64,000 bases of DNA from NCBI RefSeq assembly GCF_009914755.1, contig NC_060927.1; one strand, 5' to 3'. The translations under genes were made by a program, and so were the position numbers. Each line of letters begins with the position of its first letter. Within the stretch, counting starts at the first letter, position 1. The notes beneath the pieces are model-generated. The model ran no database searches, was not told the DNA's origin, and worked only from the letters and a program-made list of their open reading frames with translations. This document shows positions 47,740-64,000 of this stretch, piece by piece. Source of the DNA: the human T2T-CHM13v2.0 reference genome, Homo sapiens.

Positions 47740-49940
47740 AAAATACGAAATTACACATGCACGTGGCTATTTATTAAAGCTGTAACTGTGAAAGCAGAAG
47801 ACTAGAAACAACTAACCATCCATAGGCCATTCGTGGAAAAACCTATCATCAAACTATAAAATAGAATGCTATGCAATTATAAAATAGAATGCAGAACTCT
47901 CTTAGCTGCTATGGAGTGAGAGTGAAGAAATATTAAGTGAAAAAGGTAAGATACATAGTAGTATGTAGTATGCTAATTTTATGTAAGCAAGAAAAGAATA
48001 TACTTATATTCTCAAAAATAAACAATGGAGGGGTAAACACAAACTTAGTAAAAATGGTTACCTCTAGATTGGAGTAAGAACTAGGGACATTCTAGACTTG
48101 TGAATGATGTTTTAAATTTTGACCTTAGAATCATGTAAATATTTTTTGCAACTAAAAAATGAATATTAATCACAAAGTAAGACCTAAAATATTTTTTCAA
48201 TTAACTGAAACAAATAAACCTAATTGTATATCAAATTGATAGCATAATTATGCAGAGAATTATTTCATGACTTTAGAGCGTAGTATTTTAGCATTTCAGC
48301 AGTAGAATAAATCTTAAGGTCAAAGACCATAACAAAATTTTAAACTGTGTTAATACATCTTGTTATTAATAGTAATGTTTGTCCTGTTATTTTGAAAGTA
48401 ATACATATACATATTAAGAAAAACAAATACACTTGGTCATATCATTAGAGCCTAAGATTTTTAGAGTAAGAAAAAAGATGTACAAATATAAAATAAAAGA
48501 CTTTCAAAATCCTAAAATCTTTAATTTGATTGGTAGTATCAGCATGAACTCATATTAACTGTTTCCTTCTAAAAGTATGTACTTCATATCTCACGTACTG
48601 AAGAGGTTCAGAAGCATTGACAATTCAGTAACAATACCCCTAGTACCCAGATTGTTGTCTATAAATATTATTCTCCATTATAAAGAGCCTGGATTCTTTG
48701 GAGAAATGGCTAATTTCAGGTCTGGGACAGAAACTGTTCAAGATGATCCTACAACTATTATTAAGCCATAACTACTGGGGATTATATTGAAAGGATATAG
48801 GAATCAACTTCAAGAGGATCCTACTACCCAAAAATGAAGCAATTGAAGCATCAAAATAAGAAAATGACTACCATGGACTAAAGTACATTAAATAAACAAA
48901 TATTCATGAACTCATAATGATCATCTTTGGTCACCTTTGGACCAAAATTGATAAATAAAGAGAAAGAATCAAACATTTATTGGGACTTTTCTATATAGGC
49001 TGTATTTCACAGTCACTGAATAGTTAATGAGGAAATGTTCATTATAGAAAAATCACAGCTGATAAATGTGGGAAGAATGATAGAGTATCACCATTTTACA
49101 ACCTCTGATGAAATAATGGCTCAAAGCAACAAACAATGTTGCTAATTTGCTAAGTGAGAGATTAATGGAGAACTTTCTAAGGGGTCAGACTGACTCACCT
49201 TGTCCCCAATGATCAATCTTAACCACTAAAAGTAGGAAACGTGCATCCTGATATGATGTAGTAGGAATGACACAGCGTCACCTATGACATACTCTTCACC
49301 AAAAGAAATTGAACCTTAATGTAATTAAACCTATAGGTTTCACTAGTGGTTTACACAAAACATGGGAAATAGAGGAACATGTTAAAGAATATCATTAGAA
49401 TAAAATCAGCCAGATCCAGAATCTAGAAACTTTATAAGATACATGATTCAGATTCTTCAGTAAATAAATGGCAATGAAAGGGAAAGGCAGTGGACTGTAA
49501 GTGATAGAAAGAGACTTAAGGTACTTACCAACCCAGTGCAATGTGTGGACCTTGTTTGGTTCCTATTTCAAACCAACTATAAAAAGACTTTTTTACAATT
49601 AGTGAAAATTAAATATGGAATATTTATATATGTAATCAAATTAAGGAATTATTGATAATATTTTTAGTTGTGAAAATGATATTGTCAAGTTACTGTTTGT
49701 CTTATTTAAGTTCTTATCTGTTGGAGATGCCTACTAAAATATTTAGGGATAAAATGGTGTGATGCCTGGGATTTATTTTTAAATATATCAGATCCACCCA
49801 AAAAAATTGAGGTGGATTTAGATAGATAGATTAAATAAGAATAACAGAAAGTTAATGGTTATAGAAGCTGAGCATTGAGTACAGGTGGATTCACTGTGCC
49901 CTTATTCCTTTTATATGTATTTCCATGATAAAATGCTAAA
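47740..49940 (+). mobile_element. Old L1M 3' region (L1MC/MD-like)
   Basis: agactagaaacaac, atgcagagaattatttcatgacttt, ctctccattataaagagcctgg, gcaatgtgtggaccttgtttgg, tgatgcctgggattta motifs. Confidence 0.7.
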
Positions 49941-50202
49941 GTTTAAGAAAAAGTCCTCCCACCAGATTAGCTGAGATCATTAAGGCAGTGCCTTCTTAGC
50001 AGTGTTTTAGGTTTTGAGTATAAGTCTTAGTTCATAGGAATGTTATATTTGTGGATCTCAGAACAAAAGAGTTTCTTGTTATAGCTTAATTTATAATGTC
50101 TTTTTATCCAATTAAATTTCTTCATAGAAAGAACATTGCTTAGGTGTAGTGTTATTAACATGCTTACACCAAAATACGCTGACATTATACCCTCTTTTTC
50201 AG

Positions 50203-50309
50203 ACCAAGCCACCCTGGTAGAACAAGTAAAAAGAGTAAAAGAAATTGAAGCTATTGAAAGTGATTCTTTTGTTCAGCAGACATTCAGATCAAGTAAAGAA
50301 GTCAAAAAG
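50203..50309 (+). CDS. RSRC1: RSRC1 internal coding exon, 107 nt, starts in phase 1 and ends in phase 0: (D)[35 protein letters not shown]
   Basis: Branch-like CTGAC at 50179, acceptor ccctctttttcAG (50201-50202), donor AAG|GTAAGT at 50310. Peptide recognised as RSRC1 and joins the next exon in frame. Confidence 0.96.
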
Positions 50310-53300
50310 GTAAGTTTTTATCCACCCATTATGAGTAAACCTTTGGATTCTACCTGAAGAGATGCTTTATTAATGGATTTTACTTAAATGTGTTTCTTCT
50401 AATAGATGAAGTGAAGCAAGAGAGTGTCAGCCATGTTGCTGAGAGAGAGAAAACAAATCAGGGAGACTCAGTCACTTTAATACAAGTTTAATTTGTATAA
50501 AAAATGCTATAAAATGTGTCAGATGTCATTTTTATTTTTAAATTCACCAAGAATACTAAGTAATATGTCAACAAGATAGTTCTATAACAGTAATGCACAT
50601 TTCTTAACATACATGGTTTTCTTTTCAAATGTGTACATCTACTTTTTGAATTGACATTGCTAGAGAAAAGTTAGAAAAGGGCTTTAATAATAAAAACTAA
50701 TACCCATATTGTCACATATATCTTCATTCTTTGCCCAGATGATTATCACTTATTTGGCTGTGGTAAAGGAGCTTTGATTGACATTTTACTTCCATTGAAT
50801 ATTTTATTCTTTCATTCATTAGTAGGACTGCTTTTAGGAATTAGGTTTCTATAGTAGGAAAAGGCATTCTAGGAAATACATGTATTCTTTAATAACATTC
50901 ATATAATGAAAATATGGTTATAATTAACACTCTAAAATATTCTACATCCATAAATTGTATTAATGGCTGTATAATATCCTGTTGATGTCTCCTGATGGTT
51001 ATTTTTCCTCTGTTATCAAATAAGTAGTTTTAACTTCAGAGATTTTAAGTACATGTTTATTATCTTTTTAAAATAAAATTTTAAGATGGAATTACTTGTT
51101 AAAGGCTAACATTGTTTTAATACATGTTTCCAAGTCACCCTCTGAAAATATTCTACCAATTCAAATTCCACCCAAAAGTTCAAAGAGATATCTGCCTCCC
51201 ACAGATATCTTGGTTAACACCAAATCCTATCGGGTTTCTCATGTTTACTGACCTAATAGGTAAAAATTGGCCTGTTTCCATTAGCACTTCTTTTGTTATT
51301 AGTGAGATTAAAGTCTTTTCAATTACCATATACTTTTTAAAATAATTTATTCAGGAGAGATATATTGAGCATATACTACATGTTAGGCATAGGACCAGAT
51401 AGCCCTGGATAATCTGTGGTCCTTGCGTTGCCATTTTGTTGATTTCCTTTGAACTTTTGATAGTTTGCCACCACAACTCCTAAAAAAATGGGGCTGTGAA
51501 ATAGACATTCATAAATGTAGTTGCCCATTTTATTTAATCTTATTCTTACATATTATCAGGCCATTCATATATCCTAATGGAATTACTATGATTTATTTTA
51601 AAACTTGCTTTCCTAATATTTGTTTGTGAAGTTTACCCTGACATCCCAGTTTTTATTGGACTCTCTTATGATAAACTAGCATTTTCATTCTGTAGAAATG
51701 CTTATTCTTCCACAGTCAATACACTGGGTTTTCTACTAAACAACTCTTTCTCACTTGGTACTAATTGTTAATTTTTCCCTTTAAACTTATTTTCAAGTCA
51801 ACGCCTCCAAGAAAGCATGCATTGAAAGGTAGGAAGTGGTGCTAACAGGAGAATATGCTATAAAGCTTCATAAGGTGGCATTTATCTTGGTGAATATACA
51901 GTAGTCTGAAGTCTTACTGGACTTTTATTAGTCACTACACTTCAAAATGATCAGAAGATCAGTGATAGTCTAACAATGAATAAATTCACACTTGACTGAA
52001 ATATAGAACAAAGGGACAGTTTATTACTTTAGAAAGTGATATCCCTTCCTAGATTCTAAAATATCTATATCTGCAATATAAGGCAAGGATTCAGGATGCC
52101 CAAGAAGCTGAATTATTAATGAGGAGATTACTTAGCAAAAGGAGGTAAATTATCTTGTGGACCCTTTTATCCAGATCATGGAAGGATATGATGGACTATC
52201 CCTAATGCATAGCAAGGATTTAACTCTCTTGAGGACTGAGTTACCCATGATCCTAGTTTCAACATATTTTTCTCCTGGACAGTTTTATACACTTTGATAT
52301 AAAGTTTGTATCCCTAAAAAAAGGCTTTTGTATGCTGGCCACCCCTTCAGTTGGTACCGTATTTGTTTAGCTGTGTTAATTCCACTAATTAAGCTAGGGA
52401 GCTTTTACCAGAAAAGTGGCTATTACCAGTGACATGCTAGACATTGTGTCTCCTGCAACACATATTGATTTAACTAGTTTTACTCTCTGAAATCGTATTT
52501 CTTTTGTCTGAGTAAATAGAGAATCTGATAGTCCCTGATATATCATTGAGGAACCAAGATGCAGCTTGTTTTCAAACTTAGTATGAGTTATTCAACCCTA
52601 ATGTTGTTGTATCTGGCAGATACCCACCTGTGTTCAAAAGAAGGGTAAATACCCCTATGCAGCATGGTCTTTTGGCCTACTTGGAAGTAGATTTTAGTAC
52701 TAATTTTTACAAACTAAACCACCAGGTGGCAGCGCTACTCAAAGCCATATATTTCATAGTAGCCATTTTGAGGTTTTGTTTTATAGTCAAGGGAAAATTT
52801 TATCTTACAGTTTTTCTCACTTAAATAAAGAAGCAATTAGTGGTTCTCTCTACAAATTTTTAATTGCCCGTTATTAAACAATAACTTCCATGCTCTGATC
52901 TAACCTCTGAGAGCTTCACCTTCTATTATGTGTAAGTACTTCTCAAAGAAATCTTAATGTACTGTGTACGTAAAAACAAGATGAGATTGCTTGGTTTATA
53001 TGGTAGAATCTTATCTCTGCTACCTGAAGAGGTGGTATCCACATCTTTGATAACTAGAATAATAGCACTGCACATATTTTTAAGGCAGTTTAACATGAAA
53101 AGTGTCTCCTAGCTAAGCCCTATCATGCCATGGCTAAGATACGCAGAATGATATGCTCTTACAGTCCCCGTAAGGCAGTATAGACTACCAAAAATCAATG
53201 TCTTGAACCTCTTGGATTAGCGTATTTCCCACTTGCACTTGTGCAGAATATTGGGCTTTTTAAATGTTCTCAGTTGTGTAAAGGGTCAGTATAATATCAC

Positions 53301-53699
53301 TTAGGGCCACAAACCATCTAGGCACAGTGTGTTGGAGACATACAAATGTTTGAGACTTGGCAAAAAAAATTGCTGACACCAAAATATGAGAATAAAGCTG
53401 CCAAAACAAATTGAATAAATATTTATTTAAATGTCTATAAAAGTTAATATTATCATTAACACTGGCATCATTGTTAGATTTAGTAGTCATAAGCATCTTA
53501 ACATTTGAAAATAATTTATAGATTTCTCTTACTTTGTAAGAATTCCTAAACATACATGACTGCCCAGATATCTATCCCTCAGATATCTACCCCTTTTGTC
53601 CATGAGGGAATAAATCTGTCCTATGAATGCTGATCAGCTTCCATTAGAATAAAAATTAGAGTATTTTAATTGAATAAAACACATGCCTTAAAAAAAAAA

Positions 53700-54640
53700 A
53701 GTGGATCTTGATATCATCATCCCCAAAATAGCTCATAACTTGTCTCCTCTTCACAATCCACAGCCACCATTTAAATCCACATCATCATCTCATTCTTTAA
53801 CTTTTATAGTAGCCCTCTGGTTGTTCTTCCTGATTTTCCTTTTGCATTTATCTAGTCCAGGACCCATTCAGCAGCCAAAACAATATTTTTCAAGAATAAT
53901 TAGACTTTACTGACCATCTGACCATTACAGAATAACTGGTACCAAATTTGCCCTCCCACCATAAACAGCTATAGAACTTGACAAGATGTGTAAGACATTG
54001 TTTTCAGGAATGTAACAATAGGCAGCTCAGGAGGGTGATCCTTTGGAGAAGGGAAATAAAAGGTGAGCCCCACAGTTACCCAGCTTTCTGTATGAGGGCA
54101 CTTTCCTGCTGTGGTGCTGGGAAGTGATACCCATGCAGAGTGGTGATGTGGCTGTGTTAAGGAAGAAATACCCCAAGTTCTGGCCTGCAGTGTCTCACTG
54201 TCTTTTTGCTCACTATACACCAGCCCCTCTGGCCTTTTTTCTGATCTTCAAAGACACCAAGCCCTTCTCTCTCAGGATCTTTGTCTTTTCCCTCTGGCCA
54301 GAGAACCATTCTTCCTTTTCACCTGCCTGGCTCCTTCTAAGTCTTCAGGGCTTAAATTTCACCTCCTAGAGAAGCCATCTCTAGCCACCCAATCTAAAGT
54401 AGATGTTTTTCCCTTCCTGATCCCCATCATTCTTTGTCAGCACCTTGTATAGTCCTTTATAGCACATACTACAATTTGTGATTATGCATTATTTTGGAAT
54501 TTATTTGTTTATAATCTGTCAACTCCATTAGCAACATATAATTGCCACTTGGGACAGGAACCATATCTATTTGATTCTGCCTGTGTACCCAGTGCTTAGC
54601 AATTAGTAGTGCTCAATAAATACTGGTTAAATAAATGGAT
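53700..54640 (+). mobile_element. L2 fragments surrounding an old L1M 5'-end-like piece (~53900-54180)
   Basis: 3' end cccagtgcttagc..gtgctcaataaatactggttaaataaatg; cacctcctagagaagccatctctagccac. Confidence 0.6.
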
Positions 54641-55221
54641 CTCCAACTCTAAAACAAATTAACCTAAGAACAGTTTAATTCATGCATATTTTATCCTCTG
54701 TATATTTTTCTTAGTGACATCTGTTTTTGGCTTTGTTCAGAGAAGTGAAATGTTCAGAATTATAGATAAGTTAAAATAAATGGAAATTGAAAAACAATAG
54801 GTGTGGAACAAATGGGTATAAAAAAGGCTACATAACAATCTCCTATTCATCTTGTTTTTTTTTAATTTTACTTTTTAATTTCAGCTTCTGATCTAATCCA
54901 TTTCATATTATCCCTGTAACCTTACTGCTAATCAGTCACTCCTTGGCCTTCTTTCTTAGGGAAGAAGCTACTGAAATGTAACTAAGTAAGCACTACTCTG
55001 CTGGCTCCTTCAAGGCAGAAACAATGATTTATTAGTTGTATCCCCAGCACTTGGTACAGTGTATCGCACCTGGTGAATACTCAGTAAAGGTGGAATAAAT
55101 TGGGAGTCTATGGTTTGCATGATGGTATAAGAAATCCTAGAGTTTTATTTTTTGCCAAAGATACATCGTACCTTTTTTTCAAACTTTTATATATATATTT
55201 TAATATTTTAAGTAGCTCCGA

Positions 55222-55955
<734 letters not shown>

Positions 55956-56445
55956 TATTTTTCTAAAGATAACCTTTGAATTTACTTTTCATACCTAAAT
56001 TGGCCAACTAAATGTTGGATATTTGTTGTAAGCTTGTTTTGATTAATAGAATTTAGATATATGAAATATATGTATATTTCAATAGTATAGGCACGTAAGT
56101 ACCAATTTCTTAAGAAAAATGTGCTTATCATAAGAAATGATTGACATTTTCTCAGCATTTTTCTATTTGTTATTCCTAAAACAAATACAATATAGTTATT
56201 CCTATATTCTATTTCTATATATCTATAACTATATTCCTAAATATAGTTATTCCTAAACAAACAAATATAAAAATAAAATAACTGTATTTCTAAAACAAAC
56301 AAATACAAAAAGTAGGGCCTTTTTGGAGATGGGTATCATCTCAAAGGAGACTAATTGAACAGTTGTTATTCAAAATCAGAAATATTTTTGAAGTAAAACT
56401 CTAATTGTGTATTGTGTTGAAATTAATATGTGTTGTTTCTTTCAG

Positions 56446-56598
56446 TCAGTGGAACCTAGTGAAGTGAAACAAGCAACTTCAACATCAGGACCAGCATCAG
56501 CAGTTGCTGATCCACCCAGTACTGAAAAAGAAATAGATCCTACCAGCATCCCTACTGCTATCAAGTACCAAGATGACAATTCCCTGGCCCATCCAAAT
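56446..56598 (+). CDS. RSRC1: RSRC1 penultimate exon, 153 nt, phase 0/0: [51 protein letters not shown]
   Basis: Acceptor tgttgtttctttcAG (56444-56445), donor AAT|GTAATA at 56599. 51 open codons in frame with both neighbouring exons. Confidence 0.95.
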
Positions 56599-57293
56599 GT
56601 AATATCCTTAAACTTTACGAATGTCAGTTGAAGTCTAATTTACTGAAATTATTTCAATCTGTTATCCTTTTGTGCTAACACCAAGGAGACCATTGGAGGA
56701 AACAGGTTCATATTCCCTTGCTAAAAATAGGCATCTGGCCCCCAGGCCTTTAGAACTGTTATCTATATTTGAATACAGTAGGGTCCAACTCATGTTGCCT
56801 AACCTGTAGAAGTATTCTGTCTATGGTTAAGAAAAATAGACAAAGAGAAGCATTTTTTCCTTTTTTTTTTTTTTAGCTGAATTGATCAGCACCATGAGAA
56901 GTGTTTGTTTAAAAATCTAGCACTAAAAGTTCCATTTCTGAGCTCTACTTTGTTCATTATCAGTGAGCACATCACTAACATCATACTTTGCTGTCTTCCA
57001 TGAAATGTTGTAATTCTGCTGTTTTGGAAAAGTTATAGGAAATAAACTTCACAAATATAAGGTACAAAATTGTTAAGCAATGATGTTGATACTAGTAGTT
57101 CTTTTACTCCAAGAATTTCTGAGCATTACTAATTCCAAATAGATAGTCATCAATTAAGAGGTCATCAAGAGTTAAACAGTATCCAAATCTTGTGTTGAGA
57201 GATATATTCTACAAAGGTGAGTTCTGTCATTTTAGGTCAAATTCAAGTTATTGGGAGACAGTAACATTTTTTCTTTTTCTTTTCTTATTTCAG

Positions 57294-57386
57294 TTATTTA
57301 TCGAGAAAGCTGATGCTGAGGAAAAATGGTTCAAGAGATTAATTGCTCTCCGACAAGAAAGACTAATGGGCAGTCCTGTGGCCTAA
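57294..57386 (+). CDS. RSRC1: RSRC1 last coding exon: [30 protein letters not shown]
   Basis: Long polypyrimidine tract and CAG at 57291-57293, stop TAA at 57384-57386, matches the recalled RSRC1 C-terminus. Confidence 0.96.
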
Positions 57387-57615
57387 GTAATATACATATA
57401 GTTGGATTGGATTGTCAGCAGTAACATTGGAAATTTAGGTTTTTAAATCCCAATATTAACTTTTTACTCTTAAAAAGAATTTTGCTGATTATATATAAAG
57501 GTAGTCTCATTTCATTTGTCTCTCATGTAGGCTTGAATATTTGTTAATTTGAATTAAATCAAACATTGTAAAAATTAAAACAAAATTTAAGATTGCATGA
57601 AAATGTTATACTGTT

Positions 57616-57621
57616 AATAAA
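57616..57621 (+). terminator. Proximal poly(A) signal AATAAA
   Basis: First AATAAA after the stop codon, with ATTAAA variants at 57553 and 57574. Confidence 0.65.
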
Positions 57622-58283
57622 GCTAAACATAAATAAGTCTGTTAAAATGAATGGTAGACACTAGTGTTTCTTAGTGCAATTCAAAAAATGTCAAGATGTC
57701 ATTTAAAGACACAATTTTGATTAATTATGCATACATGAGAATTGAATTACATGCTATAAATATGAGATTTCATCTTCCGTATGGTATTCAACCATTTTTA
57801 AATATTTTATTTCACCATATTGCAAATTTTTAGGCACAATAAAAAGCACCCTAAACAATGTAAGCAGAATGTGCATGTTAAAGAACATATTTATGGAAAA
57901 AAAATTTTTGAAACTTAAATAAATTGGTGATTTTGCTTAGAGATCAGCTTCTACTAGATGCTCCTTTACAACATGTTAGCAGATCTCAGCTCATTGTTTT
58001 AGAAATCACATGTTCATGCTAGACCTAACCAGTTGGCCAAATACCTATGATGGAGAAATCATTTCTGAGAAAACTGATAAGAGCTCTCACTTCAGTCTTA
58101 CTTACCCCACTGCTATTCCCTGTGGAGAAAGCCGGCTAATTGTTTTGATAAGGCTATCTGCCATTGTAGAATACCTTTCTCTAGTAGCTGAATGACAATC
58201 AACTATACGTTCCATACTAAACATGCCAGAGATAGGACTTTTAGGCCTTGCTTTACAAAACTGGTTTTTAACAGCTGACATGA

Positions 58284-58532
<249 letters not shown>

Positions 58533-58820
58533 ATTTTCTTCTGTTGTCCAGTCACTAATTTAGTCTCTGCGAAGACTGTAGCTCAGAACAAAAGATAAGC
58601 AAAAAAAGTCTTCAGGGTAGGACTGCCAACATATAGGACATTTTAATGCCATCTTCTTTATATTTCTGGGACATTAAAATTCAAATCTCTGTTGAAAATG
58701 AAAAATGTAAAACTTAGTTGCAAACAGTATAGAAAATAAGTGATGATGAAATATTTGTTTTCATACAAACATGCTTTCCCATTCTAAATAGATGCTAGTT
58801 TTCTTTTTTCCTTGGCTGTA

Positions 58821-58826
58821 AATAAA
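58821..58826 (+). terminator. Distal poly(A) signal AATAAA
   Basis: TGTA immediately upstream and tttgtgtggttttt about 25 nt downstream. Confidence 0.7.
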
Positions 58827-59098
58827 AGTGCCCCAAATGAACCGAGATTTGTGTGGTTTTTAACATAGATGTATACAATTTTAGTGACTTAAAAAGGGGT
58901 TACAGTTTATGAAATATTTTTATTTCATACTTTGTATAACTTATAAACTATAGAAGTACTATCACCCTATTGGAAAGTATATGTTAGTGGTCTGGGCAAG
59001 AATATGGGTTATCATTTGGGCCACTAATGATTCTCCAGAGGACCTGGGCTAGGCAGTTTTCTCAATATCCCTGATCTTCCTTATCTATAAAACAGTGA

Positions 59099-59511
<413 letters not shown>

Positions 59512-62345
59512 GAAAATCAAATTTTTTTAATGAACTAAACTATGGTCCCTACAGGAATTCGGTAACTACTTCCTTCCTCCCTAGTTTTCAACATGATTCA
59601 TTTTTATATATTATTAACTTCGTTTACCTGCATTCCTATCAAAGACCACAATATTACCACACAAGCCAAATCAAATTTAATAAAAAGGACTGCATAGAAC
59701 ATGATCAAACATATTGCCTAATTCAAGCTAGCCTTCTTTAATATCCTTATATGGTGAGTCTATAAAACAGAATAATTCCTTTCATGTCACTTGATTAATG
59801 ATAATAATTTGGACATACATGAGACCTTAAGTGTTTTACGAAACATTGATTTCTTACAAAATGATGGGTACTGATAATACAGGTTGAGTTTTCATTTCTG
59901 ACAAGTAAGTATATTCTCAAGGAAAATGAAATAAGAGCATTTTTCCTGGCACTCTCTAGTTATGAGGAGTCAAAGAGCTAAAGATATGAGCACAGAATAC
60001 TTTGAATCATTCACCTCCTTTGCTTCAGCATCCTAACATGTGAAATGAGGATACTAATTGCAGACCTGCCTACTTTGATTTTTCAGTAAAATGACATAAA
60101 AGAAAGCCCTTCATAGAAACTTCTGCTATTTATGCCAAGGGAACATTTGACATGATAGACATCTTAGTGAAATGTGGAACAAATAGTTGCTACACTCCAA
60201 CTTGAATGTGTTTATGTGTGTGCTTGAGCTGCCATGGTCAATAGTTGCCGTTCCAGCGATTTCCTCAGCCTTCCCTGCTCTTCTTCCCTGCCAAGGTCGT
60301 AAGAAACCTTACTTACTCTGCAATTAGTGACCTACCATCTACTTATTTGAGAAATCTCAGTTCTTCTTTACAGTCAGATTTACCCATTTATTCATGAATA
60401 TCATTTTGAGTACCTAGTTCATGCTGGGCACAGTAAGATGTGCTTGGGGGATGCATACCTGAATCCAGTAGAGATCCTGCCCTCAAGAGGCTTAGTTGTG
60501 AAGCCCAGACATGTAAATGATGTCAGAGATATAGTACTTAGTGGCAGAGGAGAGGACTTGGTTGCAAAGAAGAGAGAAATTACTGTAAGTTAGAAAATTA
60601 AGGAAGTCTTCATGGAAGAAATCAATCAAACTGAGTCTTGAAGGACAAGAAAGCTGGAGCCATAGGAACTCTCAGTCACCCACTTATATCTTCCTGATAG
60701 CTATTCTAGAAGGCTGGGAACTACTGCAGTTTTAACCTAGGACAGAGTACCTCTCATGAAATACCCAAGTGGCCCTGCTCAGTCAATCTTATCAAAAATC
60801 TAGGCAAAATTTCAGGTTCCTAGTACCCCTCTGACTCTCTATTTCTTTCTTTTTGTGGAGAATAAGCTGAATAAGATAAGTCTTCATTTGGCCACAAGCA
60901 TCAACAATCTTGCCTACTGCCATTTGTCAGCCAAGACGACAGATTCTGCAATGGAGCTGAAAAGAGACTTTCAATGCCGCTAAAAAAGAACTGCATCTGC
61001 CAGTAAGGGTTTGCACAACCATGTAGACCACTGTGTGTTCCATTACTCTCTGTTTTTCTACTCTGTACTGTTATAGAAAGCATCATTTGGGAACTAAAAG
61101 ACACAATTCATTTGCCTGTGGTTAGGTCCCTCCCCAGATTTTCCTTTGATTTGTGCATCAAGTGAAAATCTTTAAGCAAATAAGATAGTAAAAAAAAACT
61201 AGAAATGAAATAAGACATAGGACATTTTCAGCCACTAAACTCTAGATGAGTTTATATCAAAGGCTTGCACCCATGTTACTCTTTGCTTTCCTCCTTTCCC
61301 TACCCCAAAATTCCTTGTGAGTATTACAAGAGATTTTAAATAAACTCTTGGCCATTACTCAACTGATAAAATGCTTGGATTATTTGCACAATTTTTTAAT
61401 GTCCTCCTGTAAGCCTTACTCTTTGGAACTCCTTTATAGAATAATGGAAAAGTAAGTACTCTTCATAAGAAAACATTTGAGTCAGTAGAGCACAGCAGGA
61501 ATACAAATGGATATAAGAAAGAACACTGTAAATTCTGTAATTATCTTAACCTTTTATCATAGGGATGGACATTGATTAATATATTCAACTCTATTTGGTG
61601 AGTTTTTTCTAAAAGAAAATGCTGTCATGATATATTTCCAAGTTATTTTGGCTATCATTGTTTCTCCAGAATCTGGCCTAATGCCTGACATACAGAAGGT
61701 CTCAATAAATATGTTTTAATGAAGAATTAATTAGCCCATCTTAAATAAGAAATCTATTTAGCAGCCTGTTTATTTACATTGCTCAAGCTATTTGGAGCCA
61801 GTGCAAAAATAAATGTTATAACCAAATTATTTTGGTTTCTCTGATCTATATCTCCAAATGGCCCTGAGCTGACAGAGGCTTTCGGATGTCAGGGAAGTAC
61901 ACTGTACGTGGTGCCTTCTCTGTTGCATTAGGAACTAAATGGTGGGACTAGAATTTAAGTAGGGATCTTATTAGTCCTACTCTTGCCCAGAATTTTCTAG
62001 TCTGACTCTTTCTTTGTATAAATATTTCAAAATGTATTGATGTAATCATTCTGGGTCCACCAGCTGGCACCTATCATCTCTCCTTCCAAAGCTATAGGTC
62101 AGCTTTCAAGAAATAAAGACTACGAATAGAGTAAGACAACACTTTAAAATCAACAATGTAATCGTTTTATTTTTAGGTCTTGAGAAGGAATGGCAAAATG
62201 ATCCCAGTGCAGTTCTGAAAGAGTGATGAACTGAACTGACCCTCTCTCCTTAGATCTTGTATTGTTGTTCAGGCTTGTTATCTCACAGTGTAAAAAACAT
62301 AGCATAGTTCAGGCTCCCTTTTTATCTTTTAAAATATTAGCTAGG

Positions 62346-63620
<1,275 letters not shown>

Positions 63621-64000
63621 AACTGCTAAAATCCCACGTCTTGAGTAAAATCCATAGCTGCAGTCTGTGATTCTGTAAATGTTCTATGAAAATTGTGTTA
63701 TAAACTTGAATTGAAAATCATAAGTAATTGAAAAATCTTTTTTAAAATAGCACAATGGATTGAATGACTATATTAAAGATTGGGTAGATTTTTTAAACAA
63801 ATTCTATAACTAGATTGTTTATGTAGCCATATTATAGCTTTTCTCTTCGCTTTTTCTGCTATAGTAAGTCTAATTGATCTGGAGAAGATAAGGCAGATGA
63901 CTGATTTATTAGCAACTTGAAAAAAATGCTTTTTCTCAAAATGCTGTAAACTTGAATCATCTGCAGTCTAATTACATGAGGTGAAAATGGAAGATCATCC

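Noticed and set aside
56441-56449. Tandem acceptor CAG-TCAG
   Set aside because: The second AG is 4 nt downstream and would frameshift; no evidence of use.

Overview
Human genomic DNA covering the 3' end of RSRC1 on the + strand. The first ~50 kb is one large repeat-rich intron. It is followed by the last three coding exons (50203-50309, 56446-56598, 57294-57386; C-terminus ...[12 protein letters not shown]), a 3'UTR with tandem poly(A) signals and ~5 kb of downstream DNA. Almost every other ORF in the track is transposon-derived. The intron holds two near full-length antisense LINE-1s (L1PB1-like 10364-17513; L1PA3-like 24216-30230), a full-length Hsmar2 mariner, a Kanga/Tc2 fossil, Tigger3, MER44, MER5 and MER58 DNA transposons, THE1 and MER57 LTRs, many Alus, an RPS12 processed pseudogene and an ~86-bp L1HS stub with a perfect TSD. 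A solo LTR12 splits an Alu downstream of the gene. Best lead: the L1PA3 keeps an open ORF0 whose first splice donor is in phase with the next RSRC1 exon, predicting a 152-aa ORF0-RSRC1 fusion without the RS domain. A repeat-free, homeodomain-site-dense block at ~41.3-41.7 kb looks like a conserved enhancer. No wholly new biological system can be demonstrated from sequence alone. Repeat subfamily names come from recalled consensus sequences, not a search.
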